Of a stretch of DNA of 64,000 nucleotides, positions 1-9,067 are shown piece by piece (the stretch's first letter is position 1; each line of letters starts with the position of its first letter). The position numbers and the translations under genes are program-made. The notes under the pieces were generated by a model. That model was not told where the DNA came from and ran no database searches. It worked only from the letters and a program-made list of their open reading frames with translations. The DNA lies in the NCBI GenBank assembly GCA_050246315.1, contig JBFWWG010000001.1, positions 32,001 to 96,000 on the forward strand, read 5' to 3'. Source of the DNA: Nitrospiraceae bacterium (GTDB lineage: Bacteria > Nitrospirota > Nitrospiria > Nitrospirales > Nitrospiraceae).

Positions 1-2356
1 CGAGCAGGTAGACGAACGCCTTCCGGTCGTCAGGCGAAGCGAGGGTTGCCTGAAAGCGAACTCGTAACGCACTGACCGCGAACTGCACATGCGCATCGGT
101 TCCTGTTGCCAACAGCTTCACCAAGTCGTCAACATCGCCTTGACGAAAGACACCGGCTTCGAGCACTTGTGACATGAGCTTCGTCACCAATTCGGGATCG
201 GCCTCTTCCGGTTCAAAGGGAGTCCCCTTCCGGTATTTGGCAAACGCCTTCAAAATCGCCTTCGCATTATTCGTGAAATCGACGACCACTACATCTTTTT
301 TCCCTTCATGGCTTCGATTGAGACGCGAGACGGTCTGTACGGCATGCCGGTCCACCACCGGCTTATCGAGGAACATACCGGCCAGCAGCGGTTGGTCGAA
401 ACCAGTCTGGAACTTGTTCGCCACGACCAGTAGCCGGTAGTCGTCGCCTTCGAACCGATCCTCGATCAACTCACCCACGTTCAATTCGTTGACGGCGTGC
501 TCGCTGATCGCCTCGTTGGTCATGGGATGCACAAAATCTGAAAAAGCGTACAGCACCCGATAGTCGGCGCCGCGCTCCTTCAGCTTTTCATTCAAGATCT
601 TGAAGTAGCGAAGGCCGGCCACACGCGACGCTGCGACGACCATGGCCTTCGCCCTCCCATTGATGAGCGGCTTCACGTCCTTCTCGAATATCCTGAGCAT
701 CACCTCGGCTTTGTATTGAATGAGGCCGTCGTCCTGATAGGCCACGTTCTGCAAGGCTTTCGAGACCACGCCCTTCGGGTACACCTGCTCTTCATCCGAG
801 GCAGGCACGACCGGGCAATGGAGGTGGTACAGCGTCTTGTACGAAATGATGCTCGTCGCCACGTCCACGATGTAGCCTTCCTGGATGGCCTCCGCCTCGG
901 TATAGGTATCGAAGGACAGGCCGAACAGGGTCAGCGTCTCCGGCGCCGGTGTCGCGGTGAAGGCGACAAAGAGTTGATTGCGGTCATGCTCGCGGATGAT
1001 CTTGGCGATGCGTTCCTCTTCATCGCCTTCCTCTTCCCCCACATCATCAGCGTCTGCTTCCTCAGACTTTCGGAACGGCACGCGAATCGCAGCGCCCATC
1101 CGGCCCTCCTGCGACCGATGCGCCTCGTCGATGAGAAACGCGACGCGAAGATTTTTTAGGTCCGGATTCTGTTCGATCACTTCCAGCACCCACGCGAACT
1201 TCTGCTGCGTCGTGACGATGATCGGCTTGCGCTCTTTCAGAAACCTCGGCAGATCCTCCGACTTGCGCGCGAGGCCGACCACGTTCCTCAAATGGGCAAA
1301 CTTCTCGATATCCTCACGGATGTTGGTGTCGAGCGACTTGCGGTCGGTCAGGATGAAGATGACGTCGGTCAGCTTCTCGTTCGTGTCCGGCCCATAGAGA
1401 CTGTGCAGCCGGTCCGCCAGCCAGCAGATCGAGAGCGTCTTGCCGCTTCCTGCCGAGTGATGGATCAGATACTTCCGTCCGATCTCACCCGTTGCTGCGA
1501 AGTGGGACAGGACGTCATCGGCTACTTTCCGCACCATGCGGCTCTGATGGTATCGAGGCAGGATGGTGAAAGCCGGACGCTCCGGTTTATCGCCCTCGGC
1601 GTCACGTTTGGGCACGAAGACCAGAAATGAGGACACTAACTCCAGCAACCGGTCTTTCGATAAGACTTCCCGATACAGAAACTCGATCGGATACTCCCCC
1701 TCCGTCTGCGGCCGATTCGTCAAGCCGCTATTGTGCCAGCGAAAGTTCTCGGTGCGGCGCGGGTCGGTGGCAGCCATCACGTCGCTGGTATCGGCTGCCA
1801 GGTAAAGGAACGGGTGCTGGAAGACCTTCCGGCTATGATCGCGCGCAACATACTGGGCCACCGCATCGTGCACGTTATGGTTTTTCTCATGCTTCAGTTC
1901 CAGCGTCACGATCGGCAGGCCGTTCAGAAAGAACACGAAGTCGATTTCCTGATTGGTCTCCCCGAAATAGAAATGGGGCCGGAAGGTGACACGATTGCCG
2001 CTGTACTTCTTGGTCGTCGCGCTGTCTTTCGACCGTGGCATGGGGTAGTAGAGGCGGAACTCCAACCCACGCACCGTGAGGCCATGCCGAAGGATCATCC
2101 AGAGCGGAGTGCGAGCCAGCTCAAGCCGGAGGGCGCGGAAGACTTCGTCACGCGCGTCCGTGCCGTAGTCGTCCTGTAACTTCTTAAGCTGGTCGGCCTG
2201 AGTCGCGTTGAGGAAGGCCCAGAGATGATCCTCGGCAATACACTGCTCGGTATCGGTGATCTCGGTTTGCTCCAAGACCGGATAGCCGTGGACCAGAACG
2301 AGAAAATCCGCGATGTGCTGTTGGAAGGTCAGTTCCGGGGCTTTTTTGCGCGCCAT
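1..2356 (-). CDS. hsdR: Type I restriction endonuclease subunit R (3' end lies outside the window)
   Basis: Absent from the ORF track because no stop falls in the window. Manual translation from ATG 2356 gives MARKKAPELTFQQHIADF..., nuclease motif FLNGLPIVTLELK, Walker A HSAGSGKT, DEAH (FLIDEAHRSQ) and AFTATP. Confidence 0.93.
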   Translation of the reverse strand, partial: MARKKAPELTFQQHIADFLVLVHGYPVLEQTEITDTEQCIAEDHLWAFLNATQADQLKKLQDDYGTDARDEVFRALRLELARTPLWMILRHGLTVRGLEFRLYYPMPRSKDSATTKKYSGNRVTFRPHFYFGETNQEIDFVFFLNGLPIVTLELKHEKNHNVHDAVAQYVARDHSRKVFQHPFLYLAADTSDVMAATDPRRTENFRWHNSGLTNRPQTEGEYPIEFLYREVLSKDRLLELVSSFLVFVPKRDAEGDKPERPAFTILPRYHQSRMVRKVADDVLSHFAATGEIGRKYLIHHSAGSGKTLSICWLADRLHSLYGPDTNEKLTDVIFILTDRKSLDTNIREDIEKFAHLRNVVGLARKSEDLPRFLKERKPIIVTTQQKFAWVLEVIEQNPDLKNLRVAFLIDEAHRSQEGRMGAAIRVPFRKSEEADADDVGEEEGDEEERIAKIIREHDRNQLFVAFTATPAPETLTLFGLSFDTYTEAEAIQEGYIVDVATSIISYKTLYHLHCPVVPASDEEQVYPKGVVSKALQNVAYQDDGLIQYKAEVMLRIFEKDVKPLINGRAKAMVVAASRVAGLRYFKILNEKLKERGADYRVLYAFSDFVHPMTNEAISEHAVNELNVGELIEDRFEGDDYRLLVVANKFQTGFDQPLLAGMFLDKPVVDRHAVQTVSRLNRSHEGKKDVVVVDFTNNAKAILKAFAKYRKGTPFEPEEADPELVTKLMSQVLEAGVFRQGDVDDLVKLLATGTDAHVQFAVSALRVRFQATLASPDDRKAFVYLL

Positions 2357-2724
2357 GATCGTGCGGCCCGGTTCGTTGCGGTGCGCCCTGTCGCCCGGTA
2401 GACGGCCCGTGTCTCGGCCACGTGATCTGCGGCATCGTCCGGTTCGAGCACCACCCGTACACGGGCATGGAGTTCCTGCGCCACACGGCGCAGCATGCTG
2501 AGCGAATGCCCTTCGTAGGAGGGCGATTCGAGCCGGCTGATCTGTTGCTGGGAGGTCTTGAGTTTACGCGCCAGGCTCTTTTGCGAGAGACCGGCCTTTT
2601 CGCGAAGCGCCGCAATTTGCAACGCCACATCCCACGCCTCGCCCGCTCGCTTGAACCGCTCGGCAAAAGTCGGATCACGGAGTTGCGCGTCGAGATGACG
2701 ATCAAAATTCGTTTTCTTCATCAT
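2329..2724 (-). CDS. XRE-family HTH antitoxin (HigA-like)
   Basis: MMKKTNFDRHL...LREKAGLSQKSLARKLKTSQQQISRLES HTH; ATG 2724 overlaps the toxin TGA (ATGA). Confidence 0.88.
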   Translation of the reverse strand: MMKKTNFDRHLDAQLRDPTFAERFKRAGEAWDVALQIAALREKAGLSQKSLARKLKTSQQQISRLESPSYEGHSLSMLRRVAQELHARVRVVLEPDDAADHVAETRAVYRATGRTATNRAARSWRAKKPRN

Positions 2725-3077
2725 GTCATTCTCTCCCGCCAGTCGCGCATCCGCTCCCGGGCCGTATCGAGGTCGCGGGGCGCAATGGCCTGACCTTTGT
2801 TGCGGATGCCATGCACGGCGACGATCCGCCGGCCTTTCATAAAGAACCACAGCACGCGTGTATTCAACTTGCCGACGTGCCGCAGTTCGTACAGTCCGTC
2901 TCCAAGCACCTTGGACAACGGCTCGCGGTGATATTGCCGATTCTTGAGCTTGGCCAGCCCGGCCAGCACCGCGGCCAAATCGTCCGGATCGCTGGCTTTG
3001 AGGTCATCGAGAAAGTCCTGAACCGGGCAGTGACCAGCCGCCGTTTCATAGTACTCTACCGTGAATTCCATGCTCAC
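2721..3077 (-). CDS. RelE/ParE-superfamily toxin (HigB/Gp49-like)
   Basis: 118 aa; VEYYETAAGHCPVQDFL...EPLSKVLGDGLYELR...RVLWFF...VAVHG pattern; toxin-first order with an XRE partner. Confidence 0.87.
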   Translation of the reverse strand: MSMEFTVEYYETAAGHCPVQDFLDDLKASDPDDLAAVLAGLAKLKNRQYHREPLSKVLGDGLYELRHVGKLNTRVLWFFMKGRRIVAVHGIRNKGQAIAPRDLDTARERMRDWRERMT

Positions 3078-4396
3078 GCAACATCAATATTGATGTTGGC
3101 GTTCAGACGCCGAACATCGGCCTCGGTGATGCGCCGTTGGCCGGTGACGCACTCGTGGATCAGGGATTTGCGGTAGGCGGTCAGGGTGTCGATTTGAGAC
3201 TCGATGCTGGCTTGAATGCGGCCCATGTCAGAAACCTTCTCGTCGAGGAATATGCAGATCCTCTCTTGCTCGTCGAGAGGCGGCTGGGGGATCGGAAACA
3301 TGCCCACCTTCCTTGAACTCGTACTGGCAAGATTCGTCGTCCGCTTGCCCGTGGCCTCAAAATAATCGCGTCCATACTGAGAGGCCGTAAGATAAGCGAG
3401 GAAGGATGGGAGAAGCTTGTGGCGGAAACACCGTATGGCAAAGATATGGTTCTGATGCAGGCAATCGGTGATCTCACCGTTCCAGATCGTCCCTCTGCCG
3501 AGCTTATCGAGATCGCCACCTTCCGTCATGAGCACATCTCCGACACGAAGCGTCACCCGGCGAGCCACATCCTCTGGCACTTCAATGGTCGTGACTTCCG
3601 CGAGATCCAGATGTCCATCCTGAACATTGGCCACGCGCAAATAGGGTCTCTCGATTACCTGGCCCTCGTACACCTTGCCGAGCGTGAGACCGGTTTGAAT
3701 CTCTGAGATGCGTTTCAAGTTCACCAACTCCCACGTTGAGGGAACTTGCGGCATCCAGACATTACCAGTCCGTCTGAGCACCGGATTCGATTCAAGCCCC
3801 CTGGTGACTGTCTGCTGAATGACATGTTTTCGAACCCCGTCGAGCGTCTCGATCTGCCGACGCTTGGCCGCCACCGCCGCATCGATCGCCGCGCAGCTTT
3901 CGTCGAGGTACGCCGCGATACGTTCTTGCTCTCGGAATGGCGGAAGGGGAACGTAAAACTGAGCAAGCTGTGTCGGCCAACTAACGCGGGGCATCTTTGC
4001 TCCGTATGCAAGTGCGTTGCAGCGCTCAATGAACCATCGTGAGCCAAGGCAGTAGAAAAAGAATCGGCTGGTAATGTGTTCTGGTTCGAAAGCAAGAATT
4101 TCACCCGTACACTTTCCATCGAACTCGGCCACATAGTACTTTGCGAGGTACGGCCGCAGTTTTCCGAAGAGGACATCACCTTTGCGAAAGACAGTGACGG
4201 CGCTTTCAACTTCAAGCGTGTTTCGACGGCCAAGTATTTTGCCGGTGCCTGATTCAATGTCTTCCAGCTCAAGGTAGTCTTCTTCTGCCGAAGCCTCAGC
4301 AGTCTTTTCATCTCGCAGGCTGACAACATCCTTAAGGCGGTCGTAACCCCAACCATGGGGAAGGGCATTCAGGAAGGTGTCATGATCGCTGGTCAC
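3074..4396 (-). CDS. hsdS: Type I R-M specificity subunit S
   Basis: Two TRDs, each followed by a conserved PLPP/PQPP..EQERI helix; located between hsdM and hsdR. Confidence 0.93.
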   Translation of the reverse strand: MTSDHDTFLNALPHGWGYDRLKDVVSLRDEKTAEASAEEDYLELEDIESGTGKILGRRNTLEVESAVTVFRKGDVLFGKLRPYLAKYYVAEFDGKCTGEILAFEPEHITSRFFFYCLGSRWFIERCNALAYGAKMPRVSWPTQLAQFYVPLPPFREQERIAAYLDESCAAIDAAVAAKRRQIETLDGVRKHVIQQTVTRGLESNPVLRRTGNVWMPQVPSTWELVNLKRISEIQTGLTLGKVYEGQVIERPYLRVANVQDGHLDLAEVTTIEVPEDVARRVTLRVGDVLMTEGGDLDKLGRGTIWNGEITDCLHQNHIFAIRCFRHKLLPSFLAYLTASQYGRDYFEATGKRTTNLASTSSRKVGMFPIPQPPLDEQERICIFLDEKVSDMGRIQASIESQIDTLTAYRKSLIHECVTGQRRITEADVRRLNANINIDVA

Positions 4397-6369
4397 CTAT
4401 CCAATCCCTCCAACATCTTCTCCGCCTCTTTCTCCAGCCTCCAGAACTCAGCCAGCAGTTCCTTGGCAGGCGTCGGCGGCTGGTACTTGTAGAAGTATTT
4501 GTTCGGCAGGATCTCATAGCCGAGTTGCGGGCTGTCCTCCCAACGGATGATCGGTTTCGCGATTTCGCGCTTAAGAAACGCCTCGATGTCCTCCCCGTGT
4601 GGGATGTACTCGTCATCCTTCACGTAGTGCCGATGGGTCCATTCGACTGATAGGATTTCTGGCTCGTCTTCCATCAGAGCCTTGAACCTCTTGGCGACGT
4701 TGTCCTTCGGGCCAAGACTCACCGTCTCGGTCTTCTCCTCCTCGCCCACTTTCATGCGCACGCGGAAGATCAGCTCGCTGTCGTAGAACTCCTGTTCCTT
4801 CTTGAGATTCGCCGCCGTGAAGGCTTTCTCATAGGGCTCGGTGACGATCGCCGGTTGGTCCTGTTCGTCTGATTGCCAGAACACCACGCTGACCTTGTGG
4901 TAGGCGAAGTCCTCGCGCTTGAATATCTTGACGTGCTCGTCGGCAAAGCCGTCTTTCCAGCCGTCGTGGTAGCGGCTTTCGATCCAGCTCCGATGGGCAT
5001 CGGTGATCCGGTTGCGCTTGTTGCCGAACGACTTCGGCTCCTTCTCGTACTGCCGCCGGGCGTCGATCAGCATCACCTTGCCCTTGTGCGAGCCCGGCTT
5101 GTCGTTCCGCAGGAGCCAGATGTACGTGAAGATGCCGGTGTTGTAGAAGAGTTGATCGGGCAGCATCACGATGCAGTCGAGCCAATCGTGCTCCAGAATC
5201 CAGCGGCGGATTTCACTTTCGCCCGAGCCGCAGTCCCCGTTCGAAAGCGGCGAGCCGTTGAAGATGATGGCGACGCGGCTTGCGCCCTTTTCCGGCTCTT
5301 TCATCTTCGCCAGCATCGTCTGTAAAAATAGCAGCGCCCCGTCGTTCACGCGCGGCATGCCGGCGTTGTATCGAGTGGTTTGCAGCTTCCGGGCTTCCGC
5401 TTCGTAGCCGTCTTTGCCTCCCCATGTGACGCCAAAGGGCGGATTCGACAACATGAAGTCGAACCGGAATTTCGACTCCGGTAGTTGATCGCCCGGCTCC
5501 TTACTCCTCGGATCGTGCGGGATGAGTGAGTTGCCGAGATGCACCTTGGCTTGGCGATCGTTCTTGATGAGCAAGTCGGCCTGGCAGATGGCATAGTTGG
5601 TCGGCGAGAGTTCTTGGCCGTGGACTGTCACGAACTTCTCCACGTTCGCGCGCTGCTGGGGCGTGGCGGCGCGGTCGAGCAGATGTTCTTTGGCGACAGA
5701 GAGCATCCCGCCCGTTCCGCATGCCGGATCGTAGATGGAGATGTGTCGCTCGGGGATGGGAATCTCCAACAACTCCACCATCAGACGAATGATTTCGCGA
5801 GGGGTAAAGTGCTCTCCAGCCTCATCGCCGCTTTGTTCAGAAAAACGCCGGAGCACTTCTTCGTAGATGTAGCCCATCTCCAACGGGGAGAGCTGATCCG
5901 GCCCAAGTTGCAGTTCCTTGTACTGGTTGAGGATGGGCGCGAGGCGGTTGTTCTTGACCATCTGACCGATGGTGTTGCGGTAGTTGAAGTGGTCGATGAT
6001 GTCGTCCACGTTCTTGGAAAAGCCGTTGATGTACTTTCGGAAGTTATCCTCCAGCAGCGTGGGATCTTCCTCGTACACCTTCCGGAGCGTGAAATTGGTT
6101 TTATTCGAAAAGGGGGCCGTCGTGAGTTCGAGGTCCTTGACGAGCTTGGCCAATTCCCTTTCCGTCAGCTTCGGGCGCTTGGCTCGGACCTCGGCCGTTT
6201 TTTCCTCCCGCCACTTGATCAGCACGCATTCCAGACGGCGGATGACGATGATCGGCAGAATGACATTCTGATATTCGTAGGTCTTGAATTTGCCGCGCAG
6301 CCGTTCGGCGGACTTCCAGATCTCGTCGGCGAGGTTATCGAGTTTGGGTTTGTTGAGGGCAAGCGACAT
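4393..6369 (-). CDS. hsdM: Type I R-M N6-adenine methyltransferase subunit M
   Basis: GEHFTPR, YDPACGTGGML (motif I) and SNPPF (motif IV). ATG 6369 preferred; the ORF is open to GTG 6426. Confidence 0.95.
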   Translation of the reverse strand: MSLALNKPKLDNLADEIWKSAERLRGKFKTYEYQNVILPIIVIRRLECVLIKWREEKTAEVRAKRPKLTERELAKLVKDLELTTAPFSNKTNFTLRKVYEEDPTLLEDNFRKYINGFSKNVDDIIDHFNYRNTIGQMVKNNRLAPILNQYKELQLGPDQLSPLEMGYIYEEVLRRFSEQSGDEAGEHFTPREIIRLMVELLEIPIPERHISIYDPACGTGGMLSVAKEHLLDRAATPQQRANVEKFVTVHGQELSPTNYAICQADLLIKNDRQAKVHLGNSLIPHDPRSKEPGDQLPESKFRFDFMLSNPPFGVTWGGKDGYEAEARKLQTTRYNAGMPRVNDGALLFLQTMLAKMKEPEKGASRVAIIFNGSPLSNGDCGSGESEIRRWILEHDWLDCIVMLPDQLFYNTGIFTYIWLLRNDKPGSHKGKVMLIDARRQYEKEPKSFGNKRNRITDAHRSWIESRYHDGWKDGFADEHVKIFKREDFAYHKVSVVFWQSDEQDQPAIVTEPYEKAFTAANLKKEQEFYDSELIFRVRMKVGEEEKTETVSLGPKDNVAKRFKALMEDEPEILSVEWTHRHYVKDDEYIPHGEDIEAFLKREIAKPIIRWEDSPQLGYEILPNKYFYKYQPPTPAKELLAEFWRLEKEAEKMLEGLDR

Positions 6370-6439
6370 CGATTCAGCCAGTCTATCGGAGCATCGCTCT
6401 CCGGCATCGAGCGGCAGCCGATTCACTTCGGTCGGGCGA

Positions 6440-6619
6440 GTCTACTTGAAGATCCGCCGCTCGTTCAATGTCTCGTCAAGTCAATCGCGTATCGCCAAGA
6501 TGGAGGCGGCGGATCAAACCGTCTCGATTGACTTGCTGGTGCGCGGGTTGGTGGTGCTCGGTGCAAGGCCGCGAGACATTGCCAGAGCTCTTGGGCAGAA
6601 GAGCGGCGCTGCGGCCTAA
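6440..6619 (+). pseudogene. Truncated XRE-family HTH regulator/antitoxin (C-terminal remnant)
   Basis: SSQSRIAKMEAADQTVSIDLLVRGLVVLGARPRDIARAL resembles the C-terminal half of common XRE antitoxins; no N-terminus or start codon. Confidence 0.6.
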
Positions 6620-6894
6620 TTCTCGGCTGGGGAGATCTGATCGCTCAAACAATCACAGGTAGGAGGGTTTCGATTTCGAAGCAGCTTCTTGCGGATGTCG
6701 CTCTTGGCTGTCTCCCAGTCGATGAAGCTGGCCTGCCCCTCAGCAACTTGCCTCTGGCGTTTGTCGAAAATATCCTTATGCCAGGGGGGCGATTCAATTG
6801 CATCCGGAGTTCGCGCGAGGTCCTCCCAAATCGACTCCATGGCCGCGAGCTTCTCATGAAGCGTCATGTCTTTGAGAGGCAGATTGAATGGCAT
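6616..6894 (-). CDS. Addiction-module component (TIGR02574-like antitoxin), orphan
   Basis: MTLHEKLAAMESIWEDL...ESPPWHKDIFDKR...FIDWETAK pattern; no toxin gene follows. Confidence 0.75.
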   Translation of the reverse strand: MPFNLPLKDMTLHEKLAAMESIWEDLARTPDAIESPPWHKDIFDKRQRQVAEGQASFIDWETAKSDIRKKLLRNRNPPTCDCLSDQISPAEN

Positions 6895-7218
6895 GGGTGA
6901 CAGTATACCTCAGCATCCAATGGATTCAAACTCTCCTGAGTGCTCTCCGCCCGCCCTATGGGCAACCGGTGATCTACCAAGCGACACCTGCTCGTTGTCC
7001 TTTCTTCTGGAAGGACACCCATGCTGGTCCAACTGCGGCCCCCGAAACCACGTGTAGCTGCTTGAAAGCTCCTTCCAAACTTGGTTTGTTCTTTTCTCAC
7101 CGGAAGGTGGCCTGATTGGTCTCTATCTGCGTGCGTCACGACCCGTTGCATGTGGGAAAGCGCAACGGGTTCCCCGGCACCGTCCGTATAATTTTCCTCC
7201 AGTCATGTCTCTTCTTCC

Positions 7219-7483
7219 GGCAGGCAACTGGTAGGGGCTCCACTGCGCGCATGGAGCGAGCACATTCTGATCGTGCGGGCTCTGCGAGCACAGAGTCCCT
7301 ACCAGTTGCCTCGCCTCCTCTTCGTGCGCGCGCTCCGGGAGCGCAGGACCAGTATGGGTGCCCTTCCTACCCTTCCTACCTGCGCCCTCTGCGAGCACGG
7401 GGACCGTGCCAGTTGCCTCTCCCTTCTCCTCTTATGCGTGCTCCGGGAGCACGGGAGCAACAGGGCTGCCGTCCCGCTCTCCC
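7219..7483. repeat. Hairpin plus degenerate tandem array of four ~54-bp units
   Basis: Core (G/C)CTC(T/C)G(C/G)GAGC(A/G)C at 7279, 7332, 7386 and 7440; a 15-bp inverted repeat AGGCAACTGGTAGGG / CCCTACCAGTTGCCT encloses the first unit. Confidence 0.8.
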
Positions 7484-7609
7484 GCGGGATGTTCAAAAAG
7501 GCTGCTCAGCAAGGCCGCAGCGAGTGAGACCCCGAGGCGTACGTCTTTCGGTACGTTGAGGGGTTGAGCGACGCGAGAACGCGGCAGACGGTCTTTTTCA
7601 ACATCCCGC
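7484..7609 (+). mobile_element. MITE-like dispersed repeat, copy A (short form)
   Basis: 17-bp terminal IR with 16/17 identity: GCGGGATGTTCAAAAAG ... CTTTTTCAACATCCCGC; homologous to copies at 24544, 38554 and 49901. Confidence 0.75.
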
Positions 7610-8919
7610 TACACAGCGAGGTCGCGGATGGCCCGCAGCACGACATCCACTTCGCCGGGCGTATTCAGCAAGCCGGGCGCGAGCCGGACATACTGCACCG
7701 CATAGGGGCTGACGCTCGCGATGATCTTGTCCTCCTTGAGCTTCTCCACGACTCTGTGCGGCTTCATGCCCTCGATCTCGAAACACACGATCCCGGCTGA
7801 GAGATCCTGGGACATGGGTGTACGCAAGGTCACCCGCGGAATCTTGACCAAACCCTGTTTCAACTGCTGATTCAACTCGTAGATGCGCTCGGTCACCCGC
7901 GCCTTGCCGATGATCTGATGAAAGGTGAACGCTTCGTTCAACGCCCACCGATGCTCGAACGAATGGAACCCACCCGGCGTCATCAACGCGGCGTGATGGA
8001 TCGCATGCTCGGGACTGTCCTTCATCCACATGCGATAGGCGGTCGAATCGAACGTGGGAATCGTCGCCTGCGCCAGAGGCCACGCGTGCGGCCGTCCCCA
8101 AACCAGGCCGGTACCTCGGGGACCGAACATCCACTTATGCGTACCGGCCACGAAGAAATCGCAGCCGAGGTCGGGCAGCTTCACGTTCTCCACGCCCAGC
8201 CCATGCACGCCATCCACGCAGAGCAGGACTCGGTCTTGTTCACCACGAGAGCCGTTGATCTTCGCCAGCGCATCGGCGATGGCGCGAATGGGCAGCTTGA
8301 GCCCCGTGCTGGAATGCACCCAGGTCACGGCCACATAGCGGGTCTCGGGCCGTACTTCGCTTACCAACGTCCGAACAATTTCTTCCTGCGTGACCGTCTT
8401 GAGATCCTTGTACAGGGGAATCTGCCGGAACGATGCACCGGTTCGTTCGGCTCGCAGACGAAGCGAGGTGTCCGTCGAATAATGATCATGGATGGTGGAG
8501 AGACTTTCCTGCCCCTGCGTCAGCGTCAGTCCTCCATACAGAAGCCCCAATCCCATGGTCGTACTGTCGGTCAGGGCGATATCGGTCGCGCTGACGCCTA
8601 AGTAGTCGGCCGCCGCCGCCAGCACCTCGGCTTCCCCGGTCTCTTCCCGCTCCGCCCAATAGGTGGCCGGGTCCTCATCCAGACCCTGCCGATGGCGCTC
8701 GATGGCCTCACGCACCGGTGCTGGGTGCGATGCCAATAGAAAGCCGGTCATGTGGATCTTGTTGCGATCCAGCAAAAACTCGTTGCGCACGACCGTCCAG
8801 TTCTTATAGCCCTCGCGTCGCCGCCTGACCTGCGGCGTTTCGCAGCCGGTTCCAGCCGCTGCCAACATCGCCGTGCCCATCAGCAATCCAGTCCGAATCA
8901 GAAAGCTCCGACGATCCAT
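7609..8919 (-). CDS. Tat-exported class V PLP-dependent enzyme, PvdN-like
   Basis: MDRRSFL twin-arginine signal followed by AGTGC; DGVHG and GTHKW (PLP lysine). The ORF is open upstream to 8997. Confidence 0.85.
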   Translation of the reverse strand: MDRRSFLIRTGLLMGTAMLAAAGTGCETPQVRRRREGYKNWTVVRNEFLLDRNKIHMTGFLLASHPAPVREAIERHRQGLDEDPATYWAEREETGEAEVLAAAADYLGVSATDIALTDSTTMGLGLLYGGLTLTQGQESLSTIHDHYSTDTSLRLRAERTGASFRQIPLYKDLKTVTQEEIVRTLVSEVRPETRYVAVTWVHSSTGLKLPIRAIADALAKINGSRGEQDRVLLCVDGVHGLGVENVKLPDLGCDFFVAGTHKWMFGPRGTGLVWGRPHAWPLAQATIPTFDSTAYRMWMKDSPEHAIHHAALMTPGGFHSFEHRWALNEAFTFHQIIGKARVTERIYELNQQLKQGLVKIPRVTLRTPMSQDLSAGIVCFEIEGMKPHRVVEKLKEDKIIASVSPYAVQYVRLAPGLLNTPGEVDVVLRAIRDLAV

Positions 8920-9067
8920 GTCGCCCTCCACGCTCAATTGGTTCACGATCCCGGCCGATTCGACTCGTTCGCCGATTCTACCCTTTCGATAGAGCATTGG
9001 GGAGAGTCAGGAGACGTCACCGCGCCCACCTCGATATGCGAGGGATAAGCCCAGCCGATGGGATTAA

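Noticed and set aside
7270..7483. CRISPR array
   Set aside because: The repeats are short and degenerate, the spacers are related to each other, and no cas genes are in the window.
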